DNA from: a virus
Strand: one strand, 5' to 3'
Virus record (IMG/VR): IMGVR_UViG_3300043400_000014
Span: 1 to 53,128 of that record
DNA: 53,128 nt
The notes beneath the pieces are model-generated. The model made no database searches, had not been told where the DNA came from, and saw only the letters and a list, made by a program, of their open reading frames with translations. Shown here piece after piece: positions 17,355 to 24,537 of the stretch. Numbering within the stretch: the stretch's first letter is position 1; every line of letters starts with the position of its first letter. The position numbers and the translations under genes are program-made.

Positions 17355-17382
17355 TAAGGTCTCCTTAAAACTTGAGAATTAA

Positions 17383-17568
17383 CTATCGAAATTCCGCAAT
17401 CTCAGCTTGTTCGTTGATCCGTATTTCGCCCGGACTTACCCAAACCGCATAACCCGCGCTGACTGCGTCATGAGCCGCCGCTTCCCAAGTGTCTCGCAAC
17501 GGCGATTTAAAACCCCGACCATCAATTTGAAATTGATATTTCGGATAATTTTGCTCTACGGTTTTCAT
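17383..17568 (-). CDS. hypothetical protein (61 aa)
   Basis: ATG start immediately after the upstream stop; fits the gene series. Confidence 0.55.
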   Translation of the reverse strand: MKTVEQNYPKYQFQIDGRGFKSPLRDTWEAAAHDAVSAGYAVWVSPGEIRINEQAEIAEFR

Positions 17569-17569
17569 C

Positions 17570-17848
17570 TCAATACCAATCTACTTCAACTTCGGACCAG
17601 TCAAATTCAATTCCCCGACGCTTTAATTCGTCGTTATATTTGTCAAATTCTGCAGCCCCGACGTACCCGGTTCCTCTTTTGTGAGCCCATTTATAAGCTT
17701 CGGCAGCCAGCTGCGCACTTGTAAATTCTTCCGGCGGGATAGTTGGCCAACCGTTTTCTCGCGGAACGTCCAAACTCGGTGCTGCGACGTCATAAACCGG
17801 GGTTATGATTGATTCAGGTTTGAAAAATTTCAGTAATTTCTTAAACAT
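17570..17848 (-). CDS. hypothetical protein (92 aa)
   Basis: ATG 17848 has GGAGG 5 nt upstream. The longer track ORF (ATG 17905) has a weak RBS. Confidence 0.5.
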   Translation of the reverse strand: MFKKLLKFFKPESIITPVYDVAAPSLDVPRENGWPTIPPEEFTSAQLAAEAYKWAHKRGTGYVGAAEFDKYNDELKRRGIEFDWSEVEVDWY

Positions 17849-17849
17849 A

Positions 17850-18014
17850 TTACCTCCATTGATAAAAATTTGAGTGATCAACACCCAGGCCAACCCCTGC
17901 TGCATAATACGCTTTCTTGATCAATTCTAGATCGGGATGATCTGCCGGAACCACCGCAAAAGAAACGATTGGAACTTCAGAAACTTTATGAAACCTTTTA
18001 TTCCACTTTACCAT
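17850..18014 (-). CDS. 54-aa protein, below the ORF-track cutoff
   Basis: Hand translation gives MVKWNKRFHKVSEVPIVSFAVVPADHPDLELIKKAYYAAGVGLGVDHSNFYQWR. GGAG lies 7 nt upstream. Its TAA sits inside the RBS of the next gene. Confidence 0.4.
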   Translation of the reverse strand: MVKWNKRFHKVSEVPIVSFAVVPADHPDLELIKKAYYAAGVGLGVDHSNFYQWR

Positions 18015-18058
18015 CTCAGTTCTCCACTTGTGTAATCCTACCAGTACGGAAAGGGGGG

Positions 18059-18081
18059 GGGCGCGTTCAAGCGCCCTTTTT
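18059..18081 (+). terminator. GC hairpin GGGCGC-GTTCAA-GCGCCC followed by TTTTT on the plus strand, preceded by a G9 tract (18053..18061)
   Basis: Read directly. The loop contains the stop codon of 18067..18783. The U-tract lies on the antisense side relative to the genes. Confidence 0.5.
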
Positions 18082-18783
18082 AGTAATATGGGGAGCCGGT
18101 GACAGTACGCCAGCAGGGAGCACCAGATGGTAGCAATCCTCTGTGCCGCGCTTGGTTGTGCGGATACCGTAACCCTTAATTTTGTTCATGTCCCAATTCA
18201 ATCCGGACTTAACCGTGACTTCCTTCCAAGGCTTCGAACCGCCGCTCATAGCGCTGAGCAATTCAGCCATAGTCGCGCCCTGTGGTCGGTTGAGCATATC
18301 AACCAGCAAAGCCTGTTTGGAACCCTGACGGCAAGGGTAAATCTTGGAAAGAGGAGCCAAATTGATACCAGTTCCGCGACGCGAAGCAACAGGGGGCGTA
18401 TCTGTAAACTTCGCTGGAGCCGCCCGGTCGCGGGATTTGGTTTCGATCAGTTTGATAAGTGATTTTGGCGGGGCAGGGTTTTCCGCCATCATTTCCTGGG
18501 AAACCGTAGTAGCGTTCATCAAATCCTGAATATTCGCCCAAAGACGCTTCACACCTGCCTCCTTGGTCGCAAAGCGCGCGACCGGAGAAAGCCCAGTATC
18601 CAATTCCAACGCAGTTGCGTTATAAAGAGCGACAATTTGCGGGCCGGTCAAATCAACGTCACCCAAATCTTCAATCCCGGCGACATACAACAAATCTTCT
18701 TTTTCAGCTTTCGCCTTAGCGAACGCGCGATCAGCGAAGAATTCAACCTTCAGGTTGGCGATATCAATAAGCGTCACAGTCAT
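18067..18783 (-). CDS. DUF3489-type winged-helix protein
   Basis: C-terminal SKQALLVDMLNRPQGATMAELLSAM..GYGIRTTKRG..YHL resembles DUF3489. Start moved to ATG 18783 because the ATG at 18798 lies inside the conserved GAAATGGAG Shine-Dalgarno leader. Confidence 0.55.
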   Translation of the reverse strand: MTVTLIDIANLKVEFFADRAFAKAKAEKEDLLYVAGIEDLGDVDLTGPQIVALYNATALELDTGLSPVARFATKEAGVKRLWANIQDLMNATTVSQEMMAENPAPPKSLIKLIETKSRDRAAPAKFTDTPPVASRRGTGINLAPLSKIYPCRQGSKQALLVDMLNRPQGATMAELLSAMSGGSKPWKEVTVKSGLNWDMNKIKGYGIRTTKRGTEDCYHLVLPAGVLSPAPHITKKGA

Positions 18784-18789
18784 TTTAGT

Positions 18790-18857
18790 GTTCTCCATTT
18801 CTAATCCCTCAACCGGGTATAACTACAACTTAAAGGACAACCGGGGATAAGTCAAGA
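18790..18857 (-). repeat. 68-bp promoter/leader cassette, copy 2 (pairs with 3049..3116)
   Basis: 67 of 68 bases identical to 3049..3116. Confidence 0.95.
18827..18855 (-). promoter_or_regulatory. sigma70-like promoter, -35 TTGACT (18850..18855), 17 nt, -10 TAAGTT (18827..18832)
   Basis: Same sequence as the promoter at 3086..3114. Confidence 0.6.
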
Positions 18858-18886
18858 GGGCTAGAGCAATTATTTTGCTCTAGCCC
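18858..18886. terminator. perfect palindrome GGGCTAGAGCAA-TTATT-TTGCTCTAGCCC between the nrdJ stop and the next promoter
   Basis: 12-bp arms read directly. The T-rich run (TAATTATTTTTATTA) lies on the plus-strand 3' side. The minus-strand 3' side is only UCUUGACUU. Confidence 0.5.
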
Positions 18887-18898
18887 TAATTATTTTTA

Positions 18899-21022
18899 TT
18901 ATGCGCAATCCCGGCGACCCGTAACCGGGTCAATTGTGCAGGATAACTCAGGTTCTTCCTTGGGTTCCGTCTTGGTTTTTCCGGTCAACAACGCCATACG
19001 TTTTCCGTCGATGTTGAAAGTCGTGCAACCTTTCGCACCACCTTCCCATGCCGACCAATACAAACCCTTGAAATCTTCCCAACTCATGGACCCGTCCATG
19101 TTACAAGTTTTTGAAACTGCTGAATCAACCCATTTTTGAGCCGTCGTCAACACTTCAACATGTTCTCGGGCCGTAACTTCAGAAGCCCGACGGCCCCGAA
19201 CGCCGAAAGTAGCAACTCCAAAATCTTCGACTTCAACAATTTCAACGCCTGTTGGAGTGTTTACCGGTCGGCTGGTAGTGTAATCAAAAACTGGCTCACA
19301 ACCGGAACTGACATTATCGGCGCACAAACTGATTGTTCCGGTCGGGGCAATCGACGTCAGATGAGAATTGCGAATACCGTGAGCCTTGATCAAGTCGCGA
19401 ACGTCGTCAGGAAGCTTTTTGATAAAAGGAGCGTCCAGATAACGTTCATCGTAAAGAGGGAATGGACCCTTTTCAGCAGCAAGCAAAGCACTGGCGCGAT
19501 AACTTTCAACTGCGATCAATTGCAAAACAGTATCAACCCAACCCAAAAACCTTTCCGAGCCATAGGGATAACCGAGCGCTTCACCAGCGTTCGCAAGACC
19601 CGTGACCCCCAGTCCCATTCGGCGCTTGGTTTCAGCTTCATATTGCTGTTGACCTAAAGGATAACGCGCACGATCCACCACGTTATCCATCGCCCGAACC
19701 ACGTGTGGAATATCGGCCTTGAGGCGATCATAATCAAAAGTCCAATGACCGGACGCCGACATGTAGACATATTGAGCCAGGTTGAATGAGCCCAACAAAC
19801 AAGCGCCGAACGGTGGAAGTGGCTGCTCACCGCAGTTGTGAACCAAAACGCCGTCATTTGTTCCAAGAGCGACAAAAAAGCGATTAAATTCATCGACGGT
19901 TCCACAATACACGTCCTCAACATAATCAAGAACTTCGACTGAAACGACCTTGTGCGGGTTCCATGCACTTGCGATGCTCATACCAGGCTGAAGTCGAGAA
20001 GCTTCCATCTGACCGCCACCGCGCAAGAAAAACATATGTTCCGGCGTACACCGAACTTGCGTTCCGTTATCGAACGAAACTTTAACAAGTTTCGCAGCCT
20101 TTTGGGTGACCCGAATATTAGTCATTGGACGATATACGGGCAAGCCTTCCCAATTTTGGGTTAGAACTGAAACTGTCTGCCCAACGAGGTCTTTAAATGC
20201 TTTGTGACCGTGTTCCGTCCAAACTTTAGTATCCCCTGTAAAACAAGGGTTAGTCGCCGCAATGGTTTCACAGTAATACAAGTTGTTGAGACGGTTGATA
20301 GTGTCGATAAATAGGACGCCAGGTTCTGCCCAATCCCAAGTTGAGCGCATGATTGCTTCCCAAAGCGCAGCGGCGTCAACTTCGCGATAAATTTCACCGC
20401 CCCAGCGAAGGAAAAACGGTTGTCGGTCGCGAACCGCAATCATAAATTCATCTGTAACTGCAATCGACAAATTGAAACCGGTAAGTTGATCCATATTTTG
20501 TTTGGCATGAAGAAATTCTTCAATGTCCGGGTGATCCACTCGCATAACGCCCATTTGAGCGCCCCGACGATGACCGGAAGATGCCACGCATTTGCAAACG
20601 GCGTCGAAAATATTCATGAACGAAATTGGACCAGACGAATGAGAATGCAACTTGCGTATGGCTGCTCCTCTTGGGCGTAATGTACTGAAATCATAACCGA
20701 TCCCGCCGCCCATCCGCATGGTAGCTGCGGCTTGCGTTGCCCGCTCCATAATGTTGCCTTCACCCTCGACAAAACTGTCTTCAATCGTTCCAGAAACGTA
20801 ACAGTTGTAAGGCGTTGTGGCCCGTGCTGCCCCCATAGCGCTTTGAATTCGACCCCCCGGCATAAATCGCAGCGATCCGGTTATTTCCCGAAACGTTTGA
20901 TAATGCTCATCACTATCGCGCAAGGCGGAAGCCACCCGGTTGTTCGCTTCCCGAAAGCTTTCTCCCTCGCCCCGGTACTTCATTGAATGAAAATATTCAC
21001 CTACTCTGGTCTTTGGTCCCAT
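18899..21022 (-). CDS. nrdJ: class II (adenosylcobalamin-type) ribonucleotide reductase, intein-containing precursor
   Basis: The extein junction restores TNP|CGEQPLPP (NPCGEQ active-site motif). Also has the NCYV finger and C-terminal KGCTTFNIDG. 707 aa including the 137-aa intein. Confidence 0.85.
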   Translation of the reverse strand: MGPKTRVGEYFHSMKYRGEGESFREANNRVASALRDSDEHYQTFREITGSLRFMPGGRIQSAMGAARATTPYNCYVSGTIEDSFVEGEGNIMERATQAAATMRMGGGIGYDFSTLRPRGAAIRKLHSHSSGPISFMNIFDAVCKCVASSGHRRGAQMGVMRVDHPDIEEFLHAKQNMDQLTGFNLSIAVTDEFMIAVRDRQPFFLRWGGEIYREVDAAALWEAIMRSTWDWAEPGVLFIDTINRLNNLYYCETIAATNPCFTGDTKVWTEHGHKAFKDLVGQTVSVLTQNWEGLPVYRPMTNIRVTQKAAKLVKVSFDNGTQVRCTPEHMFFLRGGGQMEASRLQPGMSIASAWNPHKVVSVEVLDYVEDVYCGTVDEFNRFFVALGTNDGVLVHNCGEQPLPPFGACLLGSFNLAQYVYMSASGHWTFDYDRLKADIPHVVRAMDNVVDRARYPLGQQQYEAETKRRMGLGVTGLANAGEALGYPYGSERFLGWVDTVLQLIAVESYRASALLAAEKGPFPLYDERYLDAPFIKKLPDDVRDLIKAHGIRNSHLTSIAPTGTISLCADNVSSGCEPVFDYTTSRPVNTPTGVEIVEVEDFGVATFGVRGRRASEVTAREHVEVLTTAQKWVDSAVSKTCNMDGSMSWEDFKGLYWSAWEGGAKGCTTFNIDGKRMALLTGKTKTEPKEEPELSCTIDPVTGRRDCA
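19835..20245 (-). mobile_element. 137-aa mini-intein (no homing endonuclease domain) in the nrdJ active-site motif
   Basis: Residues C260..N396. Block A CFTGDTKVW, block B TPEH, block G VLVHN followed by +1 Cys (CGEQ). Confidence 0.85.
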
Positions 21023-21242
21023 GGTTTATTTCCTCTGTTGAAACCTTCACTTTAGCACCGCTTGAATCGACCGTCAATAACGACCTAATGATGGCAGCGG
21101 CTTCTTCAAGACGGGACAACGACTTTTCAAGAATTTGTCGATTGCCCCGACGTTTTTCAATCGTCCAACCTAACTGACCGCAAACCTGCGCAGCCAATTT
21201 ATGAGCGCGTTCTATATCATCCCCCGCTGACAATGCAAACAA
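20997..21242 (-). CDS. hypothetical protein (about 78-81 aa) with a non-ATG start
   Basis: The ORF has no ATG. Candidate TTG starts are at 21242 and 21233 (GAGG 9 nt upstream of the latter). It fills the 194-bp gap between the helicase and nrdJ and overlaps nrdJ by 26 nt. Confidence 0.35.
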   Translation of the reverse strand: MFALSAGDDIERAHKLAAQVCGQLGWTIEKRRGNRQILEKSLSRLEEAAAIIRSLLTVDSSGAKVKVSTEEINHGTKDQSR

Positions 21243-22476
21243 CCTCTGCGGCGCGAGTGATTGCTGTATACAACCATTTGCGGCGCGTGTCTGGGTCTTT
21301 GAAAACAGACGATTGATCGATAATTAAAACGTTGTCCCACTGTGATCCTTGCGATTTATGAACTGTGAGCGCATAACCAAACGTAAACTCTTGAGCGTTT
21401 CGCCGGTCCCAATGTCCAATATTATTCGGATCGCCGCCGAAATGCTCAGGATGCGCCGGGACAAGCAAAGGTTCAGCGCCTGGCGTATCTTCTGGACGAA
21501 TACGCAAATTCACGTAGCCGCCCAATTCTTCGCTGTCCGTCAGTACCGTATGAAGCGTACCATTGAGCAAGCCGTGCTCTTTATCGTTTCGCAAACAAAC
21601 CAGTTTTTCACCTTCCATCGGAAAACGATTGGTAAACTGCTTAAGCTGACGTACCCGGTCATTCGTGGATATGCGAGTTGAGTTTGTCCCCACCAATATT
21701 TGATTCGCAGTCAAAGCCAACTCAGGAGTTGCCCGATTAATCACAGCGCTGGAACCGTAACGACCTTGCTGAAGCCGTTCGCGCGATCTGACGCGGGTAG
21801 CTAAATCAATAATTGGGTTGTCGCGTGCCTGACGATGAATTTCGGTCAACATAACGTTAGGTTTAGCGTTGGTAAAAAATCCAGTTCCCATTACAGGTGG
21901 AAGTTGTTCAGGATCGCCCAAAACAAGGACGGGAACGCCGAAACTCATGATATCTCCGGCCATTTCCTCATTAACCATAGAACATTCGTCAACAACCAAC
22001 AAACTCGCGTTTCGAAGTGAACTTTCAACGTTGAGAGAAAAATCAGGACGGGCATGATTGCGCTCTTCAACCCGCAAATCCCCGCGAAGCTTTTGAAGCC
22101 GGTCTTCAAGTTTTGCGTTTCCGGTCCATTCGGGTCCATACTCGACCCGCTCTTCATGAAGCATCAATTCAATTTCTTGAATTTCGTCTTTGATGTCGTT
22201 GTAACGCTCTTTGGAACGGTCTTTCGGAAGATAGATCAAGCTGTGAAGTGTTTGAGCGTTCACAGCGCCCGATTTACGTAAAACGGATGCAGCTTTTCCG
22301 GTATAAGCAGCAAATATAACCTCTCCCCCGACCCCTTCCGCAAGATGTCGAGCCAGAGTGGTTTTTCCAGTTCCTGCGTACCCAAACAACCGGAACAACT
22401 GTTGATCACCAGGGTTTTTAAGCCACTGGCTAACTTTACGCAAAGCTTCATCTTGTTGAGGCGACCATTGAGACAT
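21217..22476 (-). CDS. RecD/Dda-like SF1 helicase
   Basis: Walker A GYAGTGKTT, Walker B LLVVDECSMV, motif VI-like YALTVHKSQGSQWDNV. Start set at ATG 22476, downstream of the GAAATGGAGAA leader. Confidence 0.85.
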   Translation of the reverse strand: MSQWSPQQDEALRKVSQWLKNPGDQQLFRLFGYAGTGKTTLARHLAEGVGGEVIFAAYTGKAASVLRKSGAVNAQTLHSLIYLPKDRSKERYNDIKDEIQEIELMLHEERVEYGPEWTGNAKLEDRLQKLRGDLRVEERNHARPDFSLNVESSLRNASLLVVDECSMVNEEMAGDIMSFGVPVLVLGDPEQLPPVMGTGFFTNAKPNVMLTEIHRQARDNPIIDLATRVRSRERLQQGRYGSSAVINRATPELALTANQILVGTNSTRISTNDRVRQLKQFTNRFPMEGEKLVCLRNDKEHGLLNGTLHTVLTDSEELGGYVNLRIRPEDTPGAEPLLVPAHPEHFGGDPNNIGHWDRRNAQEFTFGYALTVHKSQGSQWDNVLIIDQSSVFKDPDTRRKWLYTAITRAAEVVCIVSGG

Positions 22477-22492
22477 TTTATTCTCCATTTCT

Positions 22493-22534
22493 CGAAACAA
22501 AACGGCTGGTGTGCGACGACAACCACCAGCCGTT
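22493..22534 (-). terminator. canonical rho-independent terminator on the coding strand
   Basis: Minus strand reads AACGGCUGGUG-(12-nt loop)-CACCAGCCGUU, followed by UUGUUUCG. Confidence 0.7.
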
Positions 22535-22559
22535 CTTCATCCAACCAAGTTAAACGAGG

Positions 22560-23408
22560 TCAGAATGGAGGGTCTTCAAGGTCTTGCTGACGACCGCCGC
22601 CAGAGTTTGATGCGCCGGTATCAGGCTGATCCAACCCAGAACTTTCCTGGGCCATCTTCAATTCGCCGGACGATTTCTGACGTACCATTTCAGCACCCAT
22701 CAAGACGGCAGGATGTTCTGCCGGAAGTCGAGCGCCGGTAGCGCCTTTGTCTTCACTGTCGAATTCAGCCGTATAAAGGAACCAGGATTGAGCACCGTCG
22801 ACTTTTTTGACCGTTCCGATCCGCCAGACGTGACAGAACCAAGGAGCCTTGAACTTGCGACCACCAGCGCCCATAAGCATGATGCTGTCCGAACGATTGA
22901 CAATCGATTTGTAGGTTTTGATACGGGTTGAAGTAAACGACAAAACAACGGGCTTGGGATCAAGCTCATCGTCACCAACTTCAGGAAGCAAGACGCCGAA
23001 CAGATAAAACGTTTCAACCAGATCATTACCGTTGCGAAGCTTGATTTTACCCCGCTGAGATTTGGCCCATTTTGCGATATCGCTGTCCATTGTGTAAGAA
23101 CCGACCAAACCGCCGCCGGTTTCAATTGGAACCCATTCGACAAAAGCGTGTTCGCGAACGGCTGGAACGAAACGAATACTTTCATACAATTTCTGCGTCG
23201 CAGTATCAATAATCATACCAGGTCGAGCGCCGGGAACACTTTCAATTTCAGGGCTGGTTTTTTCCAACACCTTCAAAAATGGGACCGACCGATCCGAACT
23301 GTCCAAATCATTGAGACCCTGACCGGCGTAAGCCTCAAGACCTGCGTATTCCGCTGGAAGTCCAGCTTGAGATTGCACCACGACGTCAGTTTTCTCTTTT
23401 GCGACCAT
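22560..23408 (-). CDS. putative ssDNA-binding protein with SSB-like acidic C-terminal tip
   Basis: Gly/Ser/Gln-rich tail ending DLEDPPF (compare bacterial SSB ..DDDIPF). Located among helicase and recombination genes. Confidence 0.4.
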   Translation of the reverse strand: MVAKEKTDVVVQSQAGLPAEYAGLEAYAGQGLNDLDSSDRSVPFLKVLEKTSPEIESVPGARPGMIIDTATQKLYESIRFVPAVREHAFVEWVPIETGGGLVGSYTMDSDIAKWAKSQRGKIKLRNGNDLVETFYLFGVLLPEVGDDELDPKPVVLSFTSTRIKTYKSIVNRSDSIMLMGAGGRKFKAPWFCHVWRIGTVKKVDGAQSWFLYTAEFDSEDKGATGARLPAEHPAVLMGAEMVRQKSSGELKMAQESSGLDQPDTGASNSGGGRQQDLEDPPF

Positions 23409-23597
23409 AAGTCACACTCCTTTGTTGAGGCGGTTTACGCGCACCGGCTCTCTGCGCTTTTCCCACAGCGTGAAAAGTCTCACCACTAACCCAGGTGACG
23501 GGAACTTGAACCAACTCGCAGCAAACCGGTTTCCCGATAGCGGGGCGCGGTTGGTAGCCTCCCCGATAAGCTCAGACGCAATTAACAGATCGTCAGT

Positions 23598-24143
23598 TTA
23601 TCCCTTTGGTTTGACGTCAGCTTGTTTCCAGATATGGACGCCCAACAAATCGAGCGGGACGTCATCGCCCCGAGCGAGCATTTCGCGCACCAAACTTCCA
23701 AGCGTTTGCCAATGAATACTTTCTTTCGTTCCAGCCCGGATACCCTGCGCACTGAGCGCTTCGACCGCTGCCTGAACCTTATCATCCGACGCGCGACCCA
23801 AATCAGCTTCAAGCTTCGATTTAATAACGCCGCCCTGTCCCTTTGACCGCAACCAAGCAAAAGCTTCAACCTCGTTATCTTTCGAAGGTTGGCCGCGAAC
23901 GTTTTCCTTGATTGAAACCTTCAAACCGTCAATCGTGGTCAATTCGGTTTGTCCCGCTTCAGCCATAAGTTCGGGCAAAACATCTTCTTGAAGAGAACGT
24001 AACAGGTTTTGCTGAGCCTTCAATTCTTCTTCAGCCCTTGCGACGGCTTCCCGAGCGGCGATAATATCACGCGCCGTTCCAGCAATCTGAGCCAGAATAT
24101 TATCACCAAGAGGCTGTTGGGCAAGTTGTTCGTATCCAGTCAT
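23598..24143 (-). CDS. hypothetical coiled-coil protein (Gp157/Gam-like architecture, unverified)
   Basis: N-terminal heptad-rich AAREAVARAEEELKAQQNLLRSLQEDV; no diagnostic motif. Confidence 0.5.
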   Translation of the reverse strand: MTGYEQLAQQPLGDNILAQIAGTARDIIAAREAVARAEEELKAQQNLLRSLQEDVLPELMAEAGQTELTTIDGLKVSIKENVRGQPSKDNEVEAFAWLRSKGQGGVIKSKLEADLGRASDDKVQAAVEALSAQGIRAGTKESIHWQTLGSLVREMLARGDDVPLDLLGVHIWKQADVKPKG

Positions 24144-24168
24144 GTAATTCTCCTTTTCTGATTTTCAA

Positions 24169-24197
24169 AACTTATCCCCGTATCGATCAGTTGTCAA
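24169..24197 (-). promoter_or_regulatory. sigma70-like promoter, -35 TTGACA (24192..24197), 17 nt, -10 TAAGTT (24169..24174)
   Basis: Minus strand reads TTGACAactgatcgatacggggaTAAGTT, then a GAAAAGGAGAA leader. Confidence 0.55.
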
Positions 24198-24537
24198 TAT
24201 CAAACACTTGGGCTTCAACCGGAGTATAACGTTTTTGACGCCCATTCCATTGAAGAAACCGGATATGTCCGAAATTAATGCTGGCCGCAACTGCTGTTGC
24301 TAATCCGCAAAGCACTGGATTGCCCACCATAAGCAGATAATCGTCTTTCCCGAACGTTTCTAAACCTTCCCAAAGGTCGGCTATGACGCTTTCCGGTTTC
24401 CAAGGTGCCGCCGTCGGGGTCAAAAGGTATTTGAGTTCACCAAATTCGGTCGCCGGGGTCAAATCGTGCACACTCACATATTCGCCTGTTTCGTTATCGT
24501 ACCGGCGACTGTCTTGTACAACATAAACGGTGCTCAT
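24187..24537 (-). CDS. hypothetical protein (116 aa)
   Basis: The track start at 24543 is TTG. ATG 24537 forms an ATGA overlap with the helicase stop. Confidence 0.6.
   Translation of the reverse strand: MSTVYVVQDSRRYDNETGEYVSVHDLTPATEFGELKYLLTPTAAPWKPESVIADLWEGLETFGKDDYLLMVGNPVLCGLATAVAASINFGHIRFLQWNGRQKRYTPVEAQVFDIDN

Noticed and set aside
18784-18798. N-terminal extensions starting at the ATG inside GAAATGGAG (18798 and 26000)
   Set aside because: The same ATG in the identical cassette at 3054 is out of frame with its gene and hits a stop quickly. This shows that the element is a Shine-Dalgarno leader and not a start codon.
22700-23209. Nested same-strand ORFs inside larger genes (22700..23209, 11166..11450, 12739..13083, 43638..44111, 50050..50463, 27386..27820 N-terminal part)
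   Set aside because: They are alternative frames of genes with clear domain signatures, have skewed Arg/Ser/Leu-rich compositions, and lack RBS. Only the 3' part of 27386..27820 is kept, as the holin.
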